The position numbers and the translations under genes are program-made. Shown here piece after piece: positions 1 to 9,999 of a DNA stretch of 24,907 bases. The first letter of the stretch is position 1; each line of letters begins with the position of its first letter. The notes below the pieces were generated by a model, which was not told the origin of the DNA, did not search any database, and saw only the letters and a list, made by a program, of their open reading frames with translations. Origin of the DNA: an uncultured Oscillospiraceae bacterium (GTDB lineage Bacteria > Bacillota > Clostridia > Peptostreptococcales > Anaerovoracaceae); the NCBI GenBank assembly GCA_964387185.1, contig CAYLVS010000002.1, positions 2,848 to 27,754 of the forward strand. Direction: 5' to 3'.

Positions 1-1220
1 TGCTTGGCATCGTTGTAGCTTTCACGGATCAGCTTGATGATGGCGTCGATATTGTCCAGCGCAATGCGCAATCCCTCTAATATGTGGGCTCTGGCCTCCG
101 CCTTACGGAGTTCAAACTGTGTTCTGCGGGTAACCACATCCTTCTGATGCAGCAGATATTGCTCCAGCATCTCCCATAGGGTCAGGATCCTGGGCTGACC
201 GTCTACCAGGGCCAGCATAATCATGCTGAAGGTCTCCTGTAACTGGGTATGCTTATAAAGCCGGTTTAAGGTGATCTGCGGGTTCGCATCTCTCTTCAGT
301 TCGATGACGATGCGGGTCCCGTTCCGGTTAGACTCATCCCGGATATCGGAGATTCCGTCCAGCTTCTTATCTTTGACCAGTTCGGCAATCTTTTCGATGA
401 CCCTGGCTTTGTTTACCTGATAGGGGATTTCAGAAACGACGATCTGCTGTCTGCCCTTATTTGTCTCCTCGATCTCTGTTTTGGAGCGAACCTTAACACG
501 GCCCTGCCCGGTGCGATATGCCTGCTTGGCGCTACTTTTGCCCATAATAATGGCGCCGGTGGGAAAGTCCGGCCCTTTGACGATCTTGAGAAGGTCGTTG
601 ATATCCGCATCTTCGTGGTCGATCATATACACCGACGCGTCGATGATTTCCCCCAAGTTGTGAGGGGGAATAGATGTGGCCATACCCACCGCAATACCAT
701 TGCTACCGTTGACTAATAGATTGGGAAAACGTGAAGGCAATACGACGGGTTCCTTTTCCTCTCCGTCAAAGTTCAGCGTAAAATCTACCGTTTCCTTGTC
801 GATGTCACGCAACATTTCTAGAGCAAGAGGTGTCATCCTGGCCTCGGTGTACCGCATGGCGGCCGCTCCGTCTCCGTCTACGGAGCCAAAGTTTCCATGG
901 CCGTCTACCAGCATATAGCGGATGGAGAAGTCCTGTGCAAGACGCACCATAGCGTAGTAAACGGAACTGTCGCCGTGGGGATGGTATTTACCCAAGACTT
1001 CACCGACGATGCGCGCAGATTTCTTATGGGGCTTGTCCGGCATTAATCCCAACCCGTACATACCGTAGAGGATCCTTCTGTGTACCGGTTTCAAGCCGTC
1101 CCTGACATCGGGAAGAGCCCGCCCTACAATAACACTCATAGCGTAATCGATGTAGGAGGTCTTCATCTCGTCATGGATCTCTGTCTGTATTAATTTAGAG
1201 TCTTCTAAAAAACTTGTCAT
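1..1220 (-). CDS. gyrA: DNA gyrase subunit A, N-terminal part (runs off window start; absent from ORF track)
   Basis: Manual translation from ATG at 1220 (GGAG RBS upstream): [52 protein letters not shown]...[22 protein letters not shown]...AAMRYTEAR (catalytic Tyr motif). Directly downstream of gyrB. Confidence 0.97.
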   Translation of the reverse strand, partial: MTSFLEDSKLIQTEIHDEMKTSYIDYAMSVIVGRALPDVRDGLKPVHRRILYGMYGLGLMPDKPHKKSARIVGEVLGKYHPHGDSSVYYAMVRLAQDFSIRYMLVDGHGNFGSVDGDGAAAMRYTEARMTPLALEMLRDIDKETVDFTLNFDGEEKEPVVLPSRFPNLLVNGSNGIAVGMATSIPPHNLGEIIDASVYMIDHEDADINDLLKIVKGPDFPTGAIIMGKSSAKQAYRTGQGRVKVRSKTEIEETNKGRQQIVVSEIPYQVNKARVIEKIAELVKDKKLDGISDIRDESNRNGTRIVIELKRDANPQITLNRLYKHTQLQETFSMIMLALVDGQPRILTLWEMLEQYLLHQKDVVTRRTQFELRKAEARAHILEGLRIALDNIDAIIKLIRESYNDAK

Positions 1221-1246
1221 GCCTGTCTCCTTCTGATCGATTTATG

Positions 1247-3175
<1,929 letters not shown>

Positions 3176-3222
3176 TCATCCTCCTGTTTTCGCTTCTCTT
3201 TTTCCTTTTTGTATGACTATTT

Positions 3223-3251
3223 ATTATACCTCAAACCTTGTCTTTTTTCAA
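3223..3251 (-). promoter_or_regulatory. sigma-A type promoter of gyrB-gyrA
   Basis: Minus strand reads TTGAAA (3251-3246), 17 nt, TATAAT (3228-3223), about 50 nt upstream of the gyrB start. Confidence 0.8.
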
Positions 3252-3258
3252 TTATTTT

Positions 3259-3308
3259 CAAACAAGGGTTATAAAACTTGGGTGATATCTTTTTACAACC
3301 CTTGTTTG
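3259..3308. repeat. 18-bp inverted repeat with 14-nt spacer between the divergent gyrB and dnaA promoters
   Basis: CAAACAAGGGTTATAAAA (3259-3276) vs TTTTACAACCCTTGTTTG (3291-3308): 17/18 complementary. Confidence 0.85.
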
Positions 3309-3359
3309 GATGATTTGAGGGCTTTCAGACAGTAATTATCTTTGTACATATATCTTCTT

Positions 3360-3445
3360 TGTGGACAATGTTTTTCCACAGGCTGTGGGTAAGAGGCAAA
3401 AGTGCAAAAAAAATTGATTTTGCTTTAGTACTTGCCTGTGGATAA
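3360..3445. promoter_or_regulatory. DnaA-box cluster upstream of dnaA (upstream half of a bipartite oriC / autoregulation)
   Basis: TGTGGACAA 3360-3368, TTTTCCACA 3372-3380, TGTGGGTAA 3384-3392 and perfect TGTGGATAA 3437-3445, compared with consensus TTWTNCACA. Confidence 0.88.
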
Positions 3446-3460
3446 CTTTTTCTGTATGAT
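3432..3460 (+). promoter_or_regulatory. sigma-A type promoter of dnaA, overlapped by a perfect DnaA box
   Basis: TTGCCT (3432-3437), 17 nt, TATGAT (3455-3460). The DnaA box at 3437-3445 lies in the spacer. Confidence 0.7.
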
Positions 3461-3507
3461 TATACCACGAGTACACCAGAATCCTAAAAGAATGAAAAGG
3501 AACCGTT

Positions 3508-4851
3508 ATGAACAACCTGGAACAGTCCTGGAACAAAACTTTAGAATTTTTAAGACCTGAGATGACAGCTGTCAGTTTTGACACTTGGATCGAACCTCTT
3601 ACTCCACTCCGCATAGATGATGAACAAGGCTGTCTTTTTTTAGGCCTCGGAGGCGGAATCGGAAAAAATATATTAGAGGACCGCTATTGCAACATCATCG
3701 AATCTGCAATTAAGCATGCTTTTGGTATCAAACTTAAGGCTGTTTTTATGGACCCGGAAGAAATGCAACAGGAGGAAAAGGAGAAGGCAAACACCTTGAC
3801 CCATACCTTTACAGATGAACTTTACCTGAATCCAAAGTACGTCTTCGGAACTTTCGTTGTGGGAAAAAACAGTCAATTTGCACACGCTGCTTCGTTGGCA
3901 GTAGCAGAAATGCCTCTTTCTTCCCAATACAATCCACTATTTGTGTATGGAGGCGCAGGGCTTGGAAAGACTCATCTCATGCATGCCATAGGCCACCATA
4001 TTGTCCGCAATACACCGAGGTTGAAGGTTCTTTACGTCTCGTCAGAGATGTTTACCAATGAATTCATTAAATCCATCCGGGACAATGATACCGCCGGCTT
4101 TCGCAATAAGTACAGAAATATCGACGTTCTGCTGATCGACGACATCCAATTCCTTGAAAAAAAGGAGAGGGTTCAGGAAGAAATCTTCCACACCTTTAAT
4201 ACCCTCTACGATGCCAACAAGAGGATCATTCTTTCCAGCGACCGGCCCCCGAAGGCTATCGCTACTCTAGAGGAGAGGCTTCGGTCACGCTTTGAGTGGG
4301 GCTTAATTGCAGATATACAACCTCCCGATTTTGAAACCCGGGTTGCTATTTTGTGTAAAAAGGCTGAATTAGAGGAGATTCCCGTAAGCGAAGAGTTTAT
4401 GGAAGTGATCAAGGTCATTGCGGAAAAAATACAAAACAACGTCCGGGAGTTGGAAGGCGCTTTTATTAGAGTGGTTGCTTATTCTTCCCTGGTTGGGCAA
4501 CCCATTAACAAAGAGCTGGCAAAAGAAGTGTTGAAGGACGTTTTTTCTACCAGCGACAAATTATTAACCCCGGATCTTATCAAAAAACATGTTTGTCGCC
4601 ACTTTAATATTAAGATTTCTGATATGGAATCAGCGAAGCGTTCAAGAAACCTAGCGTTTCCAAGGCAGATTGCCATGTACATATGCAGGGATCTCACCTC
4701 CCTCTCCCTTCCTAAAATAGGAGAGGCTTTCGGCAACCGGGACCATACCACCGTTTTGCACGCCTGTGATAAAATAAATAATGAAATGCGTTCCAACGAT
4801 GTTTTTAAAGAGGTTGTTCTCTCCCTTGAGGACGCCATAAGAAATGATTAA
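3508..4851 (+). CDS. dnaA: Chromosomal replication initiator DnaA
   Basis: 447 aa. YNPLFVYGGAGLGKTHL Walker A, LLIDDIQFL Walker B, RLRSRFEWGL, domain IV FGNRDHTTVLHA. Confidence 0.99.
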   Translation: MNNLEQSWNKTLEFLRPEMTAVSFDTWIEPLTPLRIDDEQGCLFLGLGGGIGKNILEDRYCNIIESAIKHAFGIKLKAVFMDPEEMQQEEKEKANTLTHTFTDELYLNPKYVFGTFVVGKNSQFAHAASLAVAEMPLSSQYNPLFVYGGAGLGKTHLMHAIGHHIVRNTPRLKVLYVSSEMFTNEFIKSIRDNDTAGFRNKYRNIDVLLIDDIQFLEKKERVQEEIFHTFNTLYDANKRIILSSDRPPKAIATLEERLRSRFEWGLIADIQPPDFETRVAILCKKAELEEIPVSEEFMEVIKVIAEKIQNNVRELEGAFIRVVAYSSLVGQPINKELAKEVLKDVFSTSDKLLTPDLIKKHVCRHFNIKISDMESAKRSRNLAFPRQIAMYICRDLTSLSLPKIGEAFGNRDHTTVLHACDKINNEMRSNDVFKEVVLSLEDAIRND

Positions 4852-4873
4852 TGCACAGACATGATGCACTACT

Positions 4874-4980
4874 TTTTCCACTTTTCCACAAGGGTTAAAG
4901 AATTTCTAGCGTTGAAATTTCGTTATCCACAGAAGTTATCCACAAATCCACAGGCCCTACTACTACTTCTACTAAGAAAA
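4874..4980 (+). other. oriC: oriC unwinding region (DnaA boxes, GC motif, DnaA-trios)
   Basis: TTTTCCACT 4874-4882, TTTTCCACA 4882-4890, TTATCCACA 4923-4931 and 4936-4944, degenerate AAATCCACA 4944-4952, GGCC, then CTA CTA CTA CTT CTA CTA (4957-4974) and an A-rich tract. Same layout as the B. subtilis dnaA-dnaN basal unwinding system. Confidence 0.93.
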
Positions 4981-5006
4981 GATATAAAAAGAAGGAGGCT
5001 CCTACC

Positions 5007-6122
5007 ATGAAAATATCCTGCAACCAACTGACTTTATCGAAAGCCCTCAATACAGTATCGAAAGCCGTATCCTCCAGAACAACGATTCCTATCTTGAAAG
5101 GGATTTTGCTGGAAGCCTCATCAGACGGCAATTTAAAATTAGCTGCCTCGGACCTGGATCTGAGTATAGAAAAATCCATCCCTGTTTCTGTATGGGAAGA
5201 GGGTTCTATCGTGGTAGCGGCAAAGCTCTTTATTGACATTGTAAAAAAGCTACCAAATGAGGAGATAGAAATTACAGAAGACGAAGGCAAGGTTACGATA
5301 AAATGTCTTGCTTCGGAATTCACCATAGTGGGGCAGACGGCTGACGAATTCCCTAGCATAGGGATTATTAAAGAGGATAATAGCATCCGAATAGAAAAGG
5401 AGCTTCTGAAGGATATGATTAAGAAGACTTCTTTTGCAGCGAGCATAGAAGAAGCAAAGGGAATCATCATAGGTGTTCTTCTTGAGATGGATGAAAAAGG
5501 AATGGCAATGGTTGCGCTCGACGGTTTCCGCATGGCCGTTACAAGGGAGAAGATGGAGACAGAGGAAAAAATAAAAATAATCATTGCAGCAAGGATATTA
5601 AACGAAATAAACAAGATATTCAGTGAAGAAGAAGGCAGCAAAGAAGTAGACATGATCATCGATGAAAAGAAAGCAGTCTTTTTGATAGAAGGAGCCCGTA
5701 TCGTTCTTCGTATCATGGAAGGAGAGTTTGTAAAATATAAAGACATCCTGCCGAAAGAACATCAATGCAAGCTGAAGGTAAACCGCAGCGAGATGATAGA
5801 TTGCCTGGAAAGAGCTTCATTGCTGGCGAAAGAAGGTCGCAATAATCTCATCAAATTCTCTATCATCAGGGATAAAGTAATCATAACTTCCCGATCGGAA
5901 GAGGGAAATGTGAAAGAAGAGGTCTTTGTAGAAAAAGAAGGGACCGATCTAGAAATTGGTTTTAATGCGAAATATATTCTTGATGTTATGAAAGTCATTT
6001 CCGATGAAGAGGTTGTAATGGAGTTCAACACCAGTGTCAGTCCGTGCCTTGTCAAACCTATAGAAGGGGAAGGGTTTGAGTATTTGATCTTACCGGTGAG
6101 GATATCCACCAAAACCTTTTAG
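5007..6122 (+). CDS. dnaN: DNA polymerase III beta sliding clamp
   Basis: 371 aa. SRTTIPILKGILLEA, ASDLDLSI, VALDGFRMA, IGFNAKYILD, YLILPVR. GGAGG RBS. Confidence 0.98.
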   Translation: MKISCNQLTLSKALNTVSKAVSSRTTIPILKGILLEASSDGNLKLAASDLDLSIEKSIPVSVWEEGSIVVAAKLFIDIVKKLPNEEIEITEDEGKVTIKCLASEFTIVGQTADEFPSIGIIKEDNSIRIEKELLKDMIKKTSFAASIEEAKGIIIGVLLEMDEKGMAMVALDGFRMAVTREKMETEEKIKIIIAARILNEINKIFSEEEGSKEVDMIIDEKKAVFLIEGARIVLRIMEGEFVKYKDILPKEHQCKLKVNRSEMIDCLERASLLAKEGRNNLIKFSIIRDKVIITSRSEEGNVKEEVFVEKEGTDLEIGFNAKYILDVMKVISDEEVVMEFNTSVSPCLVKPIEGEGFEYLILPVRISTKTF

Positions 6123-6143
6123 GGAATACAGACGGAGTAATAT

Positions 6144-7283
6144 ATGTATTTTACCGAAATAAAGCTGAGGAATTTCAGAAATTATAAGGAACAAACCGTT
6201 TCCTTTCATCCAAAAGTGAATATTATAGTGGGAAATAATGCCCAGGGAAAAACGAACCTTCTTGAAAGCCTATATATAATGAGTCTCGGTAAATCCTTTC
6301 GAACAAACAAGGATGCGGAGATGATTGGTTTTGAAGAAGGTTTTTGTAGTGCCAAGAGCACTTATATGAAAGAGGGAAGAGAAAGAAGCCTAGAAATTAT
6401 ACTGTCACGGGTTGGAAAGAGCATTATTATAGATGGGTGCAAGGCAAAAAAGAGCAGCGAACTGCTTGATAAAACCTACATTGTTGCCTTTACGCCGGAA
6501 GATATGAAAATAGTCAAAGATGAGCCGGAAAGAAGGAGGAAGTTCATTGACCGGGAGCTCTGCCAGCTGAAACCTGTTTATTATAAGAATCTTGCCAGAT
6601 ATAAGAAAGTGCTGATGCAGCGGAATTCCCTTTTGAAGGAAGGAACCTGCAACGAAGAGCTGATGGAGACCTGGGAGAAGAGTCTTGCTGAGTACGGGAG
6701 CAGAATCATCATAGAGAGAATGCACTTCGTGGATAAAATAAAGGTAGTGAGCAAAGAAATTCACAGAAGCATTACCGATGGAAAAGAAGAATTGGATCTT
6801 TTCTTTGAAGCATCCATTCCTTTTATGGAAAATAGAGAAGATCTGCAGCGTGCTTTCATGGAAATACTAAGAAAAGAGAGAAAAAGAGATATCTACAGAG
6901 GAAGTACCGGAAGCGGGCCCCATAAGGACGACCTGAAAATAACCATCGACGGCGTTGATGTCCGAAGTTATGGTTCCCAGGGACAGCAGAGGACAGCGGC
7001 ACTTTCTTTGAAATTATCGGAAATTCATATTATCCGGGAGGAGAAAAAAGAGGCTCCGGTGTTGCTGTTGGACGATGTCCTTTCTGAATTGGATGAGAAG
7101 AGGCAAAAATTTCTATTGATGAATCTTTCTGACGTCCAGCTATTTATAACAACGGCTGAAATGAAAGGAAACCTGTTGAGCAACCTGCCGGAGAAGAGCG
7201 TATTCAAGGTGGAAGAGGGAAATGCAAGCAGCTGTTGCGACGAGATATTGGAGGAAAAAAGGTTTGACAATAATAGCATCTAA
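6144..7283 (+). CDS. recF: DNA replication and repair protein RecF
   Basis: 379 aa. LRNFRNY, GNNAQGKTNLLES Walker A, GPHKDDL, GSQGQQRTAALSLKL, LLLDDVLSELD. Confidence 0.98.
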   Translation: MYFTEIKLRNFRNYKEQTVSFHPKVNIIVGNNAQGKTNLLESLYIMSLGKSFRTNKDAEMIGFEEGFCSAKSTYMKEGRERSLEIILSRVGKSIIIDGCKAKKSSELLDKTYIVAFTPEDMKIVKDEPERRRKFIDRELCQLKPVYYKNLARYKKVLMQRNSLLKEGTCNEELMETWEKSLAEYGSRIIIERMHFVDKIKVVSKEIHRSITDGKEELDLFFEASIPFMENREDLQRAFMEILRKERKRDIYRGSTGSGPHKDDLKITIDGVDVRSYGSQGQQRTAALSLKLSEIHIIREEKKEAPVLLLDDVLSELDEKRQKFLLMNLSDVQLFITTAEMKGNLLSNLPEKSVFKVEEGNASSCCDEILEEKRFDNNSI

Positions 7284-7292
7284 ATGTATAAT
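7264..7292 (+). promoter_or_regulatory. Consensus sigma-A promoter of rpmH, overlapping the 3' end of recF
   Basis: TTGACA (7264-7269), 17 nt, TATAAT (7287-7292). The recF stop codon at 7281-7283 lies in the spacer. Confidence 0.9.
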
Positions 7293-7377
7293 CAACAGGC
7301 AATTGTATAAGAAGAGCGGTGAAATTTAGCCACTCTCACAAAAAAGCAGAAAAAAACCAAGAGGAGGTGAAAGCAGC

Positions 7378-7512
7378 ATGAAACGCACATATCAGCCAAA
7401 GAGAAAACAAAGAAGCAGAGAACATGGCTTTCGCAAGAGAATGAGCACGAAGAACGGCAGAAATGTATTGAAGAGAAGAAGATTGAGAGGAAGAAAATCG
7501 CTTTCAGCTTAG
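7378..7512 (+). CDS. rpmH: 50S ribosomal protein L34 (below ORF-track length cutoff)
   Basis: [44 protein letters not shown], 44 aa. GAGGAGGTG RBS. Confidence 0.98.
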   Translation: MKRTYQPKRKQRSREHGFRKRMSTKNGRNVLKRRRLRGRKSLSA

Positions 7513-7540
7513 AGGCCGTGAATACGGTCTCGTTTCATTC
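7512..7540 (+). terminator. Hairpin / possible weak terminator between rpmH and rnpA
   Basis: GAGGCCGT-GAAT-ACGGTCTC stem-loop (one G-U pair) followed by GTTTCATTC, a poor U-tract. Confidence 0.45.
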
Positions 7541-7555
7541 TCCAAAGGAGAAGGC

Positions 7556-7900
7556 ATGTTAAAACCTGAGGTGCTGCGAAACAAGAAGGATTTCTCCTCG
7601 CTTTACAACAAAGGAAAGTCTGCAGGAGAAAGATGTTTGGTGCTGATTTACAGGAAAAACGGCCTTTCTTATAACAGAATGGCCTTTTTAGCGAGTAAAA
7701 AAGTAGGAGGCAGCGTTCAGAGAAATCGAGCGAGGCGATTGCTAAAGGAATCCTTTCGAACACTAGATTGTTCTGTGAAGTCCGGTTATGATTTGCTCTT
7801 TATAGCGAGAAAGAGCATTATTCGGTTTAAATGTGCGGATGTGCAGAAATCCATGGAGGCCGCACTGAGAAAGACAAACCTTACCATGAACAAAGTGTAA
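7556..7900 (+). CDS. rnpA: Ribonuclease P protein component
   Basis: 114 aa. LRNKKDFSSLYNKG and RNR motif SKKVGGSVQRNRARRLLKES. Located after rpmH. Confidence 0.96.
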   Translation: MLKPEVLRNKKDFSSLYNKGKSAGERCLVLIYRKNGLSYNRMAFLASKKVGGSVQRNRARRLLKESFRTLDCSVKSGYDLLFIARKSIIRFKCADVQKSMEAALRKTNLTMNKV

Positions 7901-7926
7901 GGTTTATGAATGTCGGGTGAAAGGGA

Positions 7927-8136
7927 TTGAAGAGAATCATAATACTCCTGGTTAGGGGATATCAGAAATTAATTTCACCACTTTTTCCTAAAACCTGCCG
8001 ATTTTATCCCAGTTGCTCCGCTTATTTTATACAGTCAGTGGAAAAGTACGGAGCATTGAAGGGCAGTTATGTCGGAATTAAGAGAATTTTGAAATGCCAT
8101 CCTTTCCATCCGGGGGGATATGATCCTTTAAAATGA
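7927..8136 (+). CDS. yidD: Membrane protein insertion efficiency factor YidD
   Basis: 69 aa, TTG start. [18 protein letters not shown]...[15 protein letters not shown]. Confidence 0.96.
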   Translation: MKRIIILLVRGYQKLISPLFPKTCRFYPSCSAYFIQSVEKYGALKGSYVGIKRILKCHPFHPGGYDPLK

Positions 8137-8151
8137 ACGGGAGGATATTGA

Positions 8152-8853
8152 ATGACCACATATGAAAAAGTTATGTCTATTATTGCAGAACCCATGGGTT
8201 GGCTATTATCGTTTCTGTATGACACGATAAACAACTACGGAATTGCGTTGATCGTCTTTACTCTGCTGATAAGGGCTGCTCTTTTGCCGCTCTATGCTTC
8301 TCAGATAAAGAGTTCGATGAAAATGAAGGAGTTCCAGCCGAAGATACAGGCGCTGCAAAAGAAGTATGTAAATGATAAAGAAACGCTGAACATAAAGATG
8401 ATGGAGCTCTACAAGGAAGAAAAATTCAATCCTATGAGAGGGTGCCTTCCTATGTTGATCCAGATGCCCATTATTTTAGCGCTCTTTGTCTTACTTAGAA
8501 ATCCGATGGCGTTCATTGATGAACCCCAGATGTTGATGGGTGTTCACGAAGCTTTCTTGTGGATCCCCGATCTTTCACAGCCAGACCCCTGGATTCTGCC
8601 TGTTTTGGCAGGCATTGCTACGTTTTTCTCTTTCTCAATGACCCAGGCTATGTCGGCGGGTTCGGATTTAGGCGGCGCGAATGCAATGATGAAGATGATG
8701 AAGTACTTTTTTCCCGTTATGATCGTATGGATGGGAAGATCCTTTCCCGCAGGACTTACTATGTATTGGTTTGTGGGTACCCTGGTCCAGATTGCTCAGA
8801 CTGTCGGAATGAACAAATGGAAGGCGAAAAAGCAAGCTACAGCCAATGCGTGA
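8152..8853 (+). CDS. yidC: YidC/Oxa1/SpoIIIJ membrane protein insertase (short Gram-positive type)
   Basis: 233 aa. NYGIALIVFTLLIRAALLPL, QPKIQALQKKY, GCLPMLIQMPI, DLSQPDPW, GLTMYW. Confidence 0.96.
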   Translation: MTTYEKVMSIIAEPMGWLLSFLYDTINNYGIALIVFTLLIRAALLPLYASQIKSSMKMKEFQPKIQALQKKYVNDKETLNIKMMELYKEEKFNPMRGCLPMLIQMPIILALFVLLRNPMAFIDEPQMLMGVHEAFLWIPDLSQPDPWILPVLAGIATFFSFSMTQAMSAGSDLGGANAMMKMMKYFFPVMIVWMGRSFPAGLTMYWFVGTLVQIAQTVGMNKWKAKKQATANA

Positions 8854-8875
8854 GCGTGATACACGGAGGTATGAA

Positions 8876-9757
8876 ATGGATTTTTCGGAAAAATGGGGCA
8901 AAGACGTTGAGGATGCCGTCAAATTGGCCCTTACTGATTTGAGACTGGAAAGAGACCAGGTAGAGGTCATCGTATTGGAAGAACCTACGAGAGGGTTCTT
9001 TGGACTGGGATCCAAGCTGGCTAAGGTGAGAGTGCAAAAGAAAGCGGCGGAGGCAGTTCCGGCGCCGATAAGGGAAAGACCTGCTGAAAAAAGAGAAAGG
9101 CCAACGGAAAGAAATAAGCCAAAAGGTCAAAACAAACAAGGCGGCACATCCGAAGCGCAGATAGAACAAATAGAGCAGAAAGACGACGACGTTTCACAAG
9201 AATTAAAAAGCGAAGGGCAGAAACAAAGACCCAGGAAGCAAAGAAACAAGCCGCAGAGCATAAGGGAAAAAGAGAGCTTTACGATTCGGGAAAGACCGGC
9301 AGATCTTCAGGAAGTGGATGATGCACCGGCGCTGGATTTCCTGAAGGATGTGACCCGTCGTATGGGACTTGATTTGCAAGTGAAAGCGTTTACCAATGAG
9401 AGTTGCCTGTATTTTGAAATTTCAGGAAAGGACTCGGGTACGATCATCGGCAAGAGAGGCCAAACTCTGGATTCGATACAATACCTGACGAGTCTGGTTG
9501 TCAATAAAGATAAGGAGAAGTATCAGCGTGTGGTCGTTGATGCGGAGAACTACCGGGAGAAAAGGGAGAAAACGCTGGAGCAGTTAGCGAACCGCCTGGC
9601 GGATAAGGTGCAAAAAAGCGGAAAGAGTGTACGCTTGGAACCGATGAATCCCTATGAGAGAAAGGTAATACATGCCACTCTCCAGAGGAATGGGGCGGTA
9701 ACAACCAGAAGTGAAGGGGAAGAGCCATACAGAAGGGTTGTTATAGAACGTAAGTAA
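8876..9757 (+). CDS. jag: Jag/EloR/KhpB RNA-binding protein (Jag_N, KH, R3H)
   Basis: Start reassigned to ATG 8876 behind GGAGG (MDFSEKWGKDVEDAV). KH motif IIGKRGQTLDSIQYL, R3H motif PMNPYERKVIHATLQ...SEGEEPYRRVVI. Confidence 0.95.
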   Translation: MDFSEKWGKDVEDAVKLALTDLRLERDQVEVIVLEEPTRGFFGLGSKLAKVRVQKKAAEAVPAPIRERPAEKRERPTERNKPKGQNKQGGTSEAQIEQIEQKDDDVSQELKSEGQKQRPRKQRNKPQSIREKESFTIRERPADLQEVDDAPALDFLKDVTRRMGLDLQVKAFTNESCLYFEISGKDSGTIIGKRGQTLDSIQYLTSLVVNKDKEKYQRVVVDAENYREKREKTLEQLANRLADKVQKSGKSVRLEPMNPYERKVIHATLQRNGAVTTRSEGEEPYRRVVIERK

Positions 9758-9766
9758 GCATCACAG

Positions 9767-9800
9767 AGCAGCCACAGGGACAAACCCCTTGGCTGCTTTT
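9767..9800 (+). terminator. Intrinsic terminator after jag
   Basis: AGCAGCCA-C-AGGG...CCCT-TGGCTGCT hairpin followed by TTT, 10 nt after the jag stop. Confidence 0.75.
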
Positions 9801-9823
9801 ACGCTTTAATTCTAATTTTGGTG

Positions 9824-9970
9824 CGTGTCCGGTTAAGACTGAGACTGCCGGATATACTCCTCGGAAACCGACGGCATTTTGATGCGCCTAATCTAGTAGC
9901 GCATAAATGCCTCAATAGGTTCACGGTTTCTACGGAGTACACCCGGCAGTCTCAGTCTTAGCCGAACACG
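9824..9970. repeat. 147-bp imperfect palindrome (rod-like hairpin); candidate dispersed element or ncRNA
   Basis: Perfect 18-bp arms 9834-9851/9943-9960. Nested stems at 9855-9860/9934-9939, 9864-9870/9924-9930, 9873-9879/9905-9911 and 9882-9887/9899-9904. Outer stem 9824-9833/9961-9970. Confidence 0.85.
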
Positions 9971-9999
9971 GAATTTAGTTTTTGTACTTAGGAGTAGAT

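Noticed and set aside
4895-5746. 283-aa minus-strand ORF crossing oriC
   Set aside because: Ser/Ile/Phe-rich antisense shadow of the A-rich dnaN coding strand.
3508-6122. Apparent GC-skew switch between dnaA (C-rich stretches) and dnaN (G-rich)
   Set aside because: Hand-counted 60-bp samples were inconsistent (4201-4260 C22/G12, but 4321-4380 C10/G15). It needs a computed cumulative skew.
3231-7267. 9-bp inverted match TCAAACCTT (3231-3239) / AAGGTTTGA (7259-7267) as the inversion crossover
   Set aside because: The position is suggestive, but 9 bp in AT-rich intergenic DNA is within chance expectation. It needs outgroup alignment.
9060-9300. Repeated IRERPA / ERP motifs in the Jag linker
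   Set aside because: Ordinary low-complexity charged linker typical of Jag/EloR.
9824-9970. Identity of the long hairpin as 6S RNA, SRP RNA or a CRISPR repeat
   Set aside because: No large two-sided central bubble, no SRP domain IV motif, no repeat-spacer periodicity.
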